Assembly: GCF_006345805.1 (NCBI RefSeq)
Contig: NC_042999.1
Coordinates: 74,958,001 to 75,022,000, forward strand
Length of the DNA: 64,000 nucleotides
Source: Octopus sinensis
Lineage: Eukaryota
Direction of reading: 5' to 3'
How positions within the stretch are numbered: the first letter of the stretch is position 1; the number at the start of each line of letters is the position of its first letter. The translations under genes and the position numbers were made by a program. Shown piece by piece: positions 37,489 to 50,907 of the stretch. Below the pieces are notes generated by a model. The model was not told where the DNA came from, did not search any database, and was given only the letters and a program-made list of their open reading frames with translations.

Positions 37489-40400
37489 TGTGTGTGTATG
37501 CATGTGTGTGTGTGCATGTATGTTTGCGTGTCTGTGTTTGTCCCCCAACATCACTTGGCAACCGATGTTGGTGTTTTTATGTTACCGTAACTTAGCGGTT
37601 TGGCAAAAGACACCTATAGAATAAGTACTAGGCTTACAAAGAATAAGTTCTGGGGTCAATTTGCTCAACGAAAGGCGGTGCTCCATCATGGCTGCAGTCA
37701 AATGACTGAAACAAGTAAAAGAGTAAAAAGTAAAGGAGAGAGTAAAACTGAAATATATTCTTTTTGTATTCAATTTTCAGATTTTCAACTTATTTATTAG
37801 ATAGTTCAAATTTACCAATCTCAGTCGGTGATTTAACATGCAGAGGTGATGAAAACTCACTAGCAGCTTGCAATTATAATTTTGGTTCAACTAAGAGTTG
37901 TTCATATAGCAAGCTTTATGTTCGGTGCCAGGAAGACTGTAAGTACTAATATTTACTTCACTAAGATATCAATGTGTGTTATCTATCAAATAATCCTTAT
38001 ATTCTTTGCAAATCACAAGAAATTGTGTGGCTGATATTCCTTGGTAGTAAGCAGGGTACTGTTCTATTACAGTTAGCATTTATTACTTGAGTAATTGAAT
38101 TAAACACAGTAAGCCAACATACTCAATGATGTTTATTCTTGCATTTGTGAGTTAGACCTATTTCCAATAATTATTTTCTGTTATAAAGCATGGTCAGATG
38201 AGAAGGGAGGCAGTTGTGGTTTTTGCATGCCAATACAGACTGGTGAGACTGATATGGCCAATGCTCATCCTGAAAATCAGTAGGTCAGTAATATAGGTGG
38301 AAAGAAATCAAGGAGTATGAATGCTTGTGACAAAATGAGCTCTGCTGAAGGAACCCAAGAACCAGGTAGTGTATTAGACTTGTCTCTCTTAACCATGGCA
38401 CAGTACTGAGAGGATTTGTTAGATATATACTACTGAAAAACCATAGTGATTACTATTTTGGGAAATATCTGGTTATTGGCTTTAAGACCAAAATCAAATT
38501 CATCACCTTATTGATATGTTAATACATGTTAATGATGGAAATAATAATATATCATGTAATTAAGGAAAAATTGTATTTATTGATTGCTAGTTATGTGTTT
38601 AGATTATATAATTATTGTTACTGTTTTATCTATTAATAATTCCAATGAGATTAACAAGGTCAATTTAGTATCTTATCAGTATATGCTGGATTTTAGTGCC
38701 AGTATAATACAGTTGTTAATTCCTTTGAGCACCTCCTTCAGTTAACTAACATAACATTTACTAGATGAATTAGATACTTTCATGTATTTGTTCATAAAAT
38801 TCATTGAAACTACATTATTTTCAATTTCATGTTCCAGTAACTAAAGCATTTTGCCCATTTGATAACGACATTTGTGGAATGGTTAATGAAGGCACAGCAG
38901 CTTATAAATGGCAACGTGTTCATCCCTATACATCCAGACTGCCAGGACAATCAATACCCAAAAGTGATCACACGACTGAAAGTTATAAAGGTAATTAATC
39001 TCAGTTTCTTTGATCATCATCATCATCCTCATTTAATGTCTGTTGTTCATGCTGGCATGGGTTGGACTGTTTGACCAGGGCTGGTAAGCTGGAAAACTAC
39101 ACCAGACTCCAATCTGATTTGGCCTGGTTTTCTAAAGCTGGACACCCTTCCTAACACCAACCACTCTGAAAGCATAATGGGTGCTTTTATGTGCCACCAA
39201 CACGGGTACCATTTGCGTGACACCCATATTTGCCATGACTGCAATTTTACTCAGTTTCATGGGTCTTCTCAAGATGACATAATGCCAAAGGTCTCAGTCA
39301 TTGCTTCTGTGAGGTCCAACACTCAAAAGGAAATCAGCCACTTTGCCTCCATGATAAAACAATCATAGAGTAAAAAAAGAATCTGTATTTTGTGCTGTTG
39401 TTCTGCTTTTCTTTGAATCCTTAACACCAAATTTTAATTAGTATCTAATGATCTTTGATGATTGAACCTGAAACCTTTATTTTACTGCTTGGGCCCATTG
39501 TTCTTGCAACTGTTCTTTTGCTCTGAAGGTTAAATGTGTAGTTATCTTAAATACTTAAGAATTAGGCTTAATAAATACAGACATATTGGATAATGAATTT
39601 TTACCTACTTGTTGAGGCAAGTGAAATCAAAATCGAATCAAATTCAATGGCTGGCACCCGTGCCAGTGGAGAGCTAAGAGCACCATCTGAGCATGATCAT
39701 TGCCAGAGCAGCTGACTGGCTTCCATGCCGGTGGCATGTAAAAAGCACCATTCAAGCGTGATCGTTACCAGCGTCATCTTACTGGTATTTGTGCTGGTGG
39801 CACATGAAAAAACATTTTAGCGAGGTTGTTGCCAGTGCTGCTGGACTGGCTCCTGAGCAGGTGGCATGTAAAAAACACCATTTGAGCGTGGCCGTTGCCA
39901 GTACTGCCAGACTGGCCCTCATGCAGGTGGCATATAAAAGTACCCACTACACTCTTGGAGTGCTTGGCGTTAGGAAGGGCATCCAGCTGTAGAAACTCTG
40001 CCAGATCAGATTGGAGCCTGGTGCAGCCACCTGGTTCACCAGTCCTCAGTCAAATCGTCCAACCCATGCTAGCATGGAAATCGGACGTTAAACGATGATG
40101 ATGATGCTCTGAAAAAAAAAACACGAAAAGAAAAAAGCAGATGGGTTGTTCATGGCTACAAATGCCTTTGATCATAGATCTACTAGATTAGAGTTGATAT
40201 GAGACTAAACAACAATAAAAAAATGACTCATTAAAAAGGATGACAGATAGCAGAAATATTGTTGATGAGCTCAATAGAAACAAACTCAAACATAAACTTT
40301 TCTCTTTTGTATAATAATTTTGTATGAAGAAGAGGGAGGTCTGTGACTGAAGCTTTCCAGAACCCCTAGTAGTAGTAGTAGTAGTAGTAGAAGTGGTGGT

Positions 40401-41451
40401 GACAGGAGGAGGAGGAGGATAGTAGAACTATTAACAACCCATTTTTATTACTGATTAATAATTAAATTTCAAAGATATTTAACAATAAATTATTAGTTTA
40501 TATTTTTGAAACCCAGTTATTATTCACCTATTTTATATGTAGGACACAAATTAAATTAAAATCATATGAAGTTTGTTGATAATATTATACTAAACTTTAA
40601 GGCAGTGAGCTGACAAAATTGTCATATCAGGCAAAATGCTTAGAGGCATTTTGTCCATCTTTATGTTCTGAGTTCAAATTTCACCAAGGTTGAATTTGCC
40701 TTTCATCTTTTAGGGGTTGATAAAATAAGTGCCTGCTGAGCATGGGGTGGTGGGATTGGTGATGTAATTGAGTAATCATCTTACCCACTTCTCTGAAATA
40801 GCTGGCCTTGTGCCAAAGTTTGAAACCGGCATTATACTAAGATCTGCCACATTATATTCTCAAAAAGTAATTTTTTTTTATTATATCATTTTTACATGTT
40901 ATTGAATGCTGTATATTTGCTTTTTCAGGAAAATATATGCTTGCTTCTGCAACTGGTTTCCCTGGACAAAAAACAACTTTGAGAACAAAACCCACCAGTG
41001 GAAATGTTGGGAGTATCAGTTTCTACTATCACATGTTTGGAAGTGACATGGGAAGCCTAAATGTCTATATTCAAAGTCATAATTCTAGAAAAAAATCTAT
41101 TGGATCTATATCAGGCAATCAAGGCATTGGATGGAAATATCTGTGTCTTCCCGTGAATGAGGGATATAGGTAAGAAGATTTTGCTTTCAATAACTTTTAC
41201 TGGTTCATGATTGATTTTTCTGGCAATGTTGATGCCAAAGTTAGTTTGCGCAGCTTATTTGCTTTGACAGACCAACAGAAGCCACATAATAATGATGCAA
41301 CTTCATACCTCTCACCTTGTATACAATAAAAATATAACACACTTCTAATCTCCCATGAAATAATGATTTAACAATTCACCTCTGATCTCTTTTTATAATG
41401 ATGATACAAAAAACACCTCTAACCTACCTTGTTATATAAATAATAATAATA

Positions 41452-41523
<72 letters not shown>

Positions 41524-41729
41524 TGCCAGGACTTTTGAGTGTATATAACATACAAAAAAATAGCACTGCTAAGCACTGCACACATCCTCCATAAATCACT
41601 TTCAGTACAGTGAAAATAAAAGCACCACAACAAACCCAAGGCACACAGAGCTGTGCTTAGTAGTGCAGTGAAAGCACATGATAAAAATAAGACTACTGAA
41701 TAACAATAATGATAATAATGATGATGATG

Positions 41730-41793
<64 letters not shown>

Positions 41794-42269
41794 TAATAAT
41801 AATAATAATTTTGAACACACAAACCATCATCTTAAAAACAAAATAAATAAAACCCTTTAATATCTACGACTACTGTGTGAATACTTATCATTTTCTTTCT
41901 CCCTGAGTATTCAAAAACATAAACATCATCCTCCTTTTTATTCTAAGAACACTACCATTTTTCTCTGTTCGGTCATACAAAAGAACATATTTAGTTAACC
42001 TTAGGAATTTACTATCTACAACTTGTTTTCTTTTCTTTTTGACTCTCCCTCAGTATTCAAAAATATAAACATTCTTTTCATTGCAAAAATCCTACTGTAT
42101 TCTCCAACTGGGCAGAAAAAACAAACATCTCAATAAAACTTAAAAACTTCAATATATTACCCAAATACGAAAACACACCTTTATTGCAACAACATAATTG
42201 AATTCAGAAATTCAAAAACTCAACGACATCAGTGTATATGTGTGTGTGTGTGTGTACATACGTGTGTGG

Positions 42270-42353
<84 letters not shown>

Positions 42354-45300
42354 TATTATTATTATTATTATGATTATTATTATTATTATTATTGTTTTTC
42401 CAACCAGTAATTACAAATAGATCAGGGTGAATTGCTTCTTTTCAAGGCAGCTCTCAGTGGTTAGTGGCCTCTAGTAGTAGTAAACACATTTAAACCTCTG
42501 CTGACCCAAAGGGTTCGAAAATTCCTTTGATTCTATGGCTGACCTCCCCACCACCCAAATCTATTTGTAGACCTGTAGAATATGATCTATTTAACATACT
42601 GCTACCCAACTAGTTCCTCAAACAATGGTAGTGGTGGTGATGGTGATAACAATAAAGATAAAAATAAAAATAATATGCTACAGCTGCTAAAGCTAAATAC
42701 TACTAATACTACTATAATAATACTACAACTACTACTATTATGATAGCCCAGGAATCTGAGGTCCAACTACCACCCTTACCACTACCCCTACCCCTACTAC
42801 TGTTGCTGCTACTACACCTAAAAACAATAATATCAGTGATATCAGTGATAATAATAATACTAATAATAATGAAAGGAAACGGGTGGAGCCTCCTCATGGG
42901 CAGATTAATGATACATCTAGTGATGGTGTCACAATAAAAACACTGGTAATCATGCAACCTAATAATCACTTCCTCAGATGAGTGACAATGAAAAAACGAA
43001 ATATTGTGAATAACGGTGGAATGAAACTGAAACCAATGATTGTGACAGTGGTACAGAGTAATAAGAGAAAACTGTTGGTTCACAGAAGTGGAGCTAGAAG
43101 CTTTCAAGAGATAAGTCATGGAAAATAGCAGCAGAGATAACAATTAAAATACTGTTCTTACTAATAAGTGAAATTCCATAGCACAGGAAAGGAGCAGTGG
43201 TAATTTACTTGATGAGAGACATGTAGAAGATCTAAAAGAAGACAATAAAACTAATGGCGACATGACAGACGAACAAAAGGCAATCTATGACAGAATAAAG
43301 TAAAGACTACAGGAGAACGATAGCAATATTATTTGCAACCTTTAAAAGGTTGATCGATGGAAATTGAACCAAGAAGCGAAAAATGTCAATGAAATTCTCA
43401 AATACATCAGAACAAACAACATCACAGAAACAAATAATTTGATCAAGGCAGCAAGTATTGTTGTAGCAGAAAACATGGTTGTTGATATCAAGAAATAGAA
43501 ACATTATGGAAGTGACAAAAGAAAATATCCATGGTGGAAAAGAAGAATCTAGGCAGGGTTAAAATGCTCTCGAAGGAAATCTCTGTGTTAGACCAAAAGT
43601 GAAAGGATAGCTTAAAAACAAACAAAAATACAGGGTACTGAAAAGAATGTCTAATATTAAAAGAAAGGGCCCAAAAGTAGTAATGGAGGAACTGAAACAG
43701 CACCTCGTTGCAAAGAAAGCAAAGTTGGTAAGATACAACCAAAGAATGAAGGGTTACCACCAAAATAGGTTACAGAGTAGATTAGAAGAGATTCAATAAA
43801 GAAATAAATGGAGAGTGTACAGAGTGTTGATACCAGATAACATTGAAAGTCAAAGGTTTTGGAGTGACATCTGGAGCAAAGAAAGAACAAGAAGGATGCT
43901 GAATGGTTGCAAGAACTGAAACAAACAGTAGTCTGTCCGAAACAGGCAGAACTAGTCATTTCAAATAGGGAAGTGAAGGAAATCAGCAAAAAAATGAGCA
44001 ATTGGAAGGCCCCAGGACTAGATGATGTTCAAAGCTACTAAATCAAAAGATTTGGGGAATGTCGTGCACGAATAGCTGTGCAACCCAACACCTTGTTAAA
44101 TGCCGACCAAGCAACACTAGAGTGGTTGACATTGGGTAGGACAGTGCTGTGCCTGAAAAACATCGAAAAAGGCAATATGGTAGACAATTACAGTCCGATA
44201 TCCTGTTTGCCACTTATGTACGAACATCAGGAGTCAATGTGCGAACAGAGTCAGTGTACGAACATCAGGAAAAAATGGAGTACTTATGCAGACTGAGACT
44301 GATCTTTAAGTTGAAATTAAATAGACGGAATAAAATCGAAGTTAGCAACACCTGGGCGGTTTCACTCCTTAGATATGGAGGAGGGATAATTGCATGGACA
44401 GTAGGTGAACAAACAGCTTAGATAGAAAGACAAGGAAGTTGCTAACTATATATGGGTCATTCCACCCCAAAATTGACACAGACAGACTGTATATACCAAG
44501 AAAAAGAGGTGTAAGAAGACTTATTGGATGCGAACACAGCATTAGAGCAGAAAACAACATAGCATGGTATGTAAAAAATGCCACAGAACCACTATTATTA
44601 GAAGTAAGAAGGTCAGGCTTGTGTAGGATGAAAGATTGCAAAGATAAAGCATTATACAAGAAATTGAAAAGAAATGAAACTGAAAATAGGTGAGTAAAGA
44701 AAAGAATGCATGGTCAATTTCATAGGGATGTTGAAGATAAGACAGACAGAGAAAAAAGATGGCTGTGGATGACTAAAAGTGATTTAAAACTGGAAACAGA
44801 GGTTCTAATCTGTGGTGCCCAAGAGCAAGCACTAAGAACAAACTACATAAAATACAGAGTAGACAACACAGCAGAAAGTGATAAGTGCAGAATCTGTGGA
44901 CAAAACGGTGAAACTGTATGGCATATTACCAGCCAGTGTATGCCACTAGACCAGAAGGAATATAAGAGACACCACGACAATATAGCCAGGCTTGTCCATT
45001 TGACACTTTGCAATAAGTATGGTCTTGGCAGGGCAAAAAATTGGTACAACCACAAACCTGAAGTCATCATCAAAAATGAAAATGCAAAGATCCTATGGGA
45101 TTTTATGATTCAGTGCAACCATGAGATAGAGAATAGGAAACCGGACATAGTCTTAATTGAGAAAGAAAACAAACTATCCTGGATCATAGATATAGCATGC
45201 CCAGTTGACAACAAGGTATGTGATAAGGAAGAAAGAAAAGTGGAGAGATATGACAGGTTAGCTTGGGAGGTTAAGCAGTTGAGGTCAAGGAAAAAAGTAG

Positions 45301-45569
45301 CAGTATTACCAGTAATTGTTGGAGCCCTGGGAACAGTGAGAAAAAATCTCGAGAAGTATTTGGAACAAATAGAGGCTGCAATAAAGGTGGAGCACTTGCA
45401 GAAAACAGCACTGCTTGGAACCACTCGAATAGTCTGGAAGATGCTCAAAAAATAAGAGGTGTTACCTTAGTTCACTGGTAGTGAACAGCTGACACCATAG
45501 TACATGTCCAGCGTTAGAAGCTGTGCAAAGACAATAATAATAATGACAATGATAATAATAATAATGATG

Positions 45570-45610
<41 letters not shown>

Positions 45611-48600
45611 CATCATCATCGTCGTTTAACGTCCGTTCTCCATGCTAGCATGGGTTGGACGGTTCGACCGGGGTTCTGGGAAGCCAGAAGGCTGCACCAG
45701 GCTCCAGTCTAATTTGGCAATGTTTCTACAGCTGGATGCCCTTCCTAACGCCAACCACTCCGTGAGTGTAGTGGGTGCTTTTTACGTGCCACCTGCACAG
45801 GTGCCAGGCGGGGCTGGCAACGGCCACGGTCAGATTGGTGTATTTTATGTGCCACCGGCACGGAAGCCAGTCGAGGCGGTGCTGGCATCGGCCACGAGTC
45901 GGATAGTGCTTTTTACGTACCACCAGACCAGGGATCCTGGCTGGTTCAATTCGATTTCGATTTCGCTTGCCCCAACATGTCTTCACAAGCAAAGGGGGTT
46001 GGCAAGGGTGCCTGTCGTACGGTCACATTGGAGTATTCTACGTGCCACGGCCACGAGTCGGATAGTGCTTTACGTACCACCAGACCAGGGATCCTGGCTG
46101 GTTCAATTCGATTTCGATTTCGCTTGCCCCAACATGTCTTCACAAGCAAAGGGGGTTGGCTTGGGTGCCTGTCGTACGGTCGCATTGGAGTATTTTACGT
46201 GCCACGGCCCCGAGTCGGATAGTGCTTTTTACGTACCACCAGGCCAGGGATCCTGGCTGGTTCAATTCGGTTTCGATTTCGCTTGCCCCAACATGTCTTC
46301 GCAGGCATGGGGAGTTGGGATGGGTGTCTGTCGTCGGATGAGGTTCTATATCGACTTCGCTTGCCTCAACCGGTCTTTGTGTCCAAGGGAGGAAAGGCAT
46401 TCATAAGTGGGCTGGGCTCACTTGTCCTGCCTGGTCTTCTCACGTACAGAATATTTCCAAAGGTCTCGGTCTCTGGTCATTTCCTCAGTGAGGCCTAAAG
46501 TTCGAAGGTCGTGCTTCACCACCTCGTCCCAGGTTTTCCTGGGTCTACCTCTTCCACGGGTTCCCTCAACTGCTAGGGATTGGCACTTTCTCACACACCT
46601 ATCTTCATCCATTCTCGCCACATGACCATACCAGCGCAATCGTCTCTCTTGCACACCACAACTGATGCTTCTTAGGTACAACATTTCTCTCAAGGTGCTA
46701 ACGCTCTGTCGAGTATGTACACTGACATTACACATCCATCGGAGCATACTGGCTTCATTCCTCACGAGCTTACGCATGTCCTCAGCAGTCACAGCCCATG
46801 TTTCGCTGCCATGTAGCATGGCTGTTCGTACACACGCATCATACAGTCTGCCTTTTACTCTGAGCGAGAGGCCTTTAGTCACCAGCAGAGGTAAGAGCTC
46901 CCTAAACTTTGCCCAGGCTATTCTTATTCTAGCAGTTACACTTTCAGCGCACCCCCCCCACTACTGACTTGGTCACCTAGATAACGGAAGCTATCAACTA
47001 CTTCTAGTTTTTCCCCCTGGAAAGTGACGGAAGTTGTTTTCTGCAGATTTTCGGAGGTTAATGCTCCCGAGCATCTGCCACATACAAAAACTATCTTCCC
47101 AGTTAGCCTACCTTTGACATTGCTGCACCTCTTATGTGTCCATAGCTTACACTGGGTACATCTTATAGAGTTTCTACCTACACCTTTTCTACAGATCGAG
47201 CAGGGCCATCTTCCTGAAGATATTTGTGGATTGTCTACCTTTCTACTTATTAGAACTTTGGTTTTAGCTAGGTTGACTCTAAGGCCCCTTGATTCTAAAC
47301 CCTCCTTCCACACCTGGAACTTCTCCTCCAGTTCTGATAGTGACTCAGCAATAAGAGCAAGGTCGTCAGCGTAGAGGAGCTCCCAGGGACAGCCTGTCTT
47401 GAATTCCTCCGTAATTGCCTGGAGTACTATGATAAATAGGAGGGGGCTGAGTACTGAACCCTGGTGGACCCCAACCTCTACTTTGAATTCTTCTGTGTAC
47501 ATGTTGCCAACCCTAACCTTACTTACGGCATCTCTGTACATGGCTTGCACAGTCCTCACCAGCCATTCATCTATCCCTAGTTTCCTCATTGACCACCAGA
47601 TAAGGGATCGGGGGACCCTATCAAAAGCTTTCTCCATGTCAACGAAAGCCAGGTACAGGGGCTTATCTTTGGCTAGGTATTTCTCCTGCAGCTGCCTTAC
47701 CAGGAATATAGCATCAGTGGTACTTTTTCCTGGCACGAACCCAAACTGCATCTCATCTAAACTAACTCTCTCTCTAATTAGTTGGGCTATGACCCTCTCC
47801 GTAACCTTCATTACTTGATCCAACAGCTTGATACCTCTGTAATTATTTGTATCTAGGGCATCACCTTTACCTTTGTAGAAGTTGACTAGTATGCTGCTGC
47901 ACCAGTCATTGGGTATGACTCCTTCGTGTATCACCTGGTTGACTATACGGGTGACTAGGTTATAGCCGACACTGCCAGATATTTTGAGCATCTCTGCAGT
48001 AATTCCTGATGGGCCTGGGGCTTTCCCTGTCTTCATGCTTCTAATTGCCTTAGCTACCACGGAACTATCAACTCGGATAGCTGGTCCCTCTGTAGGGTCA
48101 ACATTCGGCAGACTCTCTTTATCCCATTCATTTTCCTCATTCAGTAACCTTTCATAGTGGCGTCTCCAAGCTTCTCTCTTTGCATCCTCACTTAGCGCAA
48201 GTGAACCATCCTCCATGCGAACACATTTCTCTCCTACCACATCACGATTCTCTCTCACACACTGTCTTGCAACACGAAATACCTCAAGTCTTTCATCCTC
48301 ACGGCGCAGGACATTGGCAAATTTTCTCTTATCTGCTTCCCCTCTGGCTAGATAGACCTGTCTCCTAGCTTCCCAATAATAATAACCTGCAAGAAGTGCA
48401 AAAGATTGTCTTAACTGGTACACCTGTAAGAAGTGCAAAAGATTGTCTTAACTGGTACATCACACGTATTGAGAAGAGCATTGTCGATGTGAGAACTGTT
48501 GCTGCTCATGTATTTTAATTTAACTTAAAAAAAAAAAAAAAATGAACGAACGAACTACTGAGTTTGGTTTAATGGCCTACCAATGTATACTATGAGTTTC

Positions 48601-49464
48601 TTTGCCCTAGGAGTCGGGAAGACACTCGGCAAGAAATGGAAGCAAATTTGAAAGAAGAAAAAAAAGCAATAATAATAATAATAGTAATAACAACAATAAT
48701 AATAATGATAATGCCTTGATGCAGTACCAGGCTCTGGCTTTCAACGCTTCTGATCATAACTGATTGAAAGTATTATCATGTGCATGTTTTGTCTTGATAT
48801 AAAAGATGGGCTACAGTAAATATTCAAATATTGTGCTCAATATTGACTTTAACCAGGAGAGCATGTCCCTTTGTGGCTGACAATATGTGCATTTTTGATC
48901 ACGGGCAGAAGTAGTAGGGGAGCATCATAGTCATGTGTTGAGAGTAATTGTTTGGGGTTTGAATAATTCGCCTCTGGAAACGTATGCTTTGTTTAACAGA
49001 CTTCGACAGCCCTCATTCAGTGACTCTTTTAGTGGGATGGGCTACTTGACTCCTGAGAGAATTCTAACTGGGCCCCAACTGCAAAGTCATGCACAATTTA
49101 TCTTGATATGAGATCACCATGTCATGTACATATGGTTGTGATGCATGTGCCTAGAGTACTCTTATCAGATGTGTATATTGAGCTTCGTATATTTTACCCC
49201 AGTATCACTTTGATGGTATGCTCTGCTCTCTCACTCAATAATAATATTAATTTCATATTTTACCACAAGAGCAGCAATTTTGTGGTTGAACGTGTCAATT
49301 ACAGTTACCCCAGTGTTCAGCTAGTACTTAATTTATTAACCCCGAAAGAATAAAGGGTAAAGTCAACCTCAGCAGAATTTGAACTGAGAATGTAGAAATG
49401 GGTGAAATATCATTAAGCCTTTTATCCAGCATGCATACAATTCTGCCAGCTTGTTGCCTTAATA

Positions 49465-49525
<61 letters not shown>

Positions 49526-49628
49526 CTTAAGGAAAGTATTATCTGTCTGAGGCCCTCGTGACTTGACAGATAACTAAAGACTCCAGTGCATTTTTACCTA
49601 CACTGTATGATGAAGGAATAATAATGAT

Positions 49629-49683
<55 letters not shown>

Positions 49684-49927
49684 GTAATAATAATAATAAT
49701 AATGATGATAATAACGATAATAATAATGATTGTAGTTTCAAATTTTGGCACAGACAGTTTTTGAGGTGAGGGGGAAGCCAATTACATCAACCCCAGAACT
49801 TGACTGGTACTTATTTTATTGATCCTCAAAAGAGACCTTTGTAGAATTTAAGCCCAAAACATAGAAAAGTATGAATTGCCTCTAAGCATTTTATCCAGTG
49901 TGCTGACAGTTTCACCAGCACACTGCC

Positions 49928-50004
<77 letters not shown>

Positions 50005-50846
50005 CCTTTCTATTAAAGGTACAAAGCCTGACTTAATAATAATAATGGTTTCAAATATTGGCACAAGGCCAGCGATTCTGGTGGAAGGGGTAATTTGGTT
50101 ACATTAACCCCAGTGCCTAAATAGTACCTATTTTATTGACTCCAAAAGAATGAAAGACCAAGTTAACCTTGGTGGAATTTGCTTAATAATATTAATAATG
50201 TATGTATGGTTGTTTCTTGGCTCCAAGAAAGATGATTCTGCAGTTTATTGCTGAACAACCTGCACAGATGATTTGTTTATAGTGATCAAATGTTTGTGCT
50301 GCATATCAGCTCACTCCATCCATCAAATTGACATTACCTGCACAGCTGCATGGTGTGCCACACATCAGATGTTGAAGTAATCAAAGAACAGAATGAGATG
50401 AAATGTTTTGCTCAAGAACACAACACGCCTAGTCCAGTAACTGAACCCACAATCTTATAATCATGAGTGAGGAACTGAACCCACAGTCTTATAATCACAA
50501 TACACCTGGCCAGGAACTGAACCCATAATCTTATAACCACTTGGCAATGTGCTCTCACAATATTAATTATTTCAAATTTTGGCATAAGGCCAGCAAGTCT
50601 GGGGGAAGAGGGTAAGTTGATTACATCAACCTCAGTGCTCAACTGGTACTTAATTTATCAACCCCAGTATTCAACTGTTGCTTAATTTATTGACCCCAGA
50701 AGATTGAAAGGCAAAGTTGGCCTTAGCAGAATTTGATCTCAGAATGTAAAAATGGGACAAAATGTTGCTTAGCATTTTGCTTTGCATGCTAATGATTCTA
50801 CCTGCTCACCACCTTCCTCACAATAACAATAATAATGATAATAATG

Positions 50847-50907
<61 letters not shown>

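Noticed and set aside
37800-37801. Alternative acceptor tttattag for exon 3
   Set aside because: With the incoming phase 2 it gives an immediate TAG; the 37780 acceptor keeps the frame.
45890-46310. Regularly spaced repeats as a CRISPR-like array (also 61530-61775 and 50430-50560)
   Set aside because: Units are contiguous tandem copies without unique spacers, inside eukaryotic retroelements; no cas genes.
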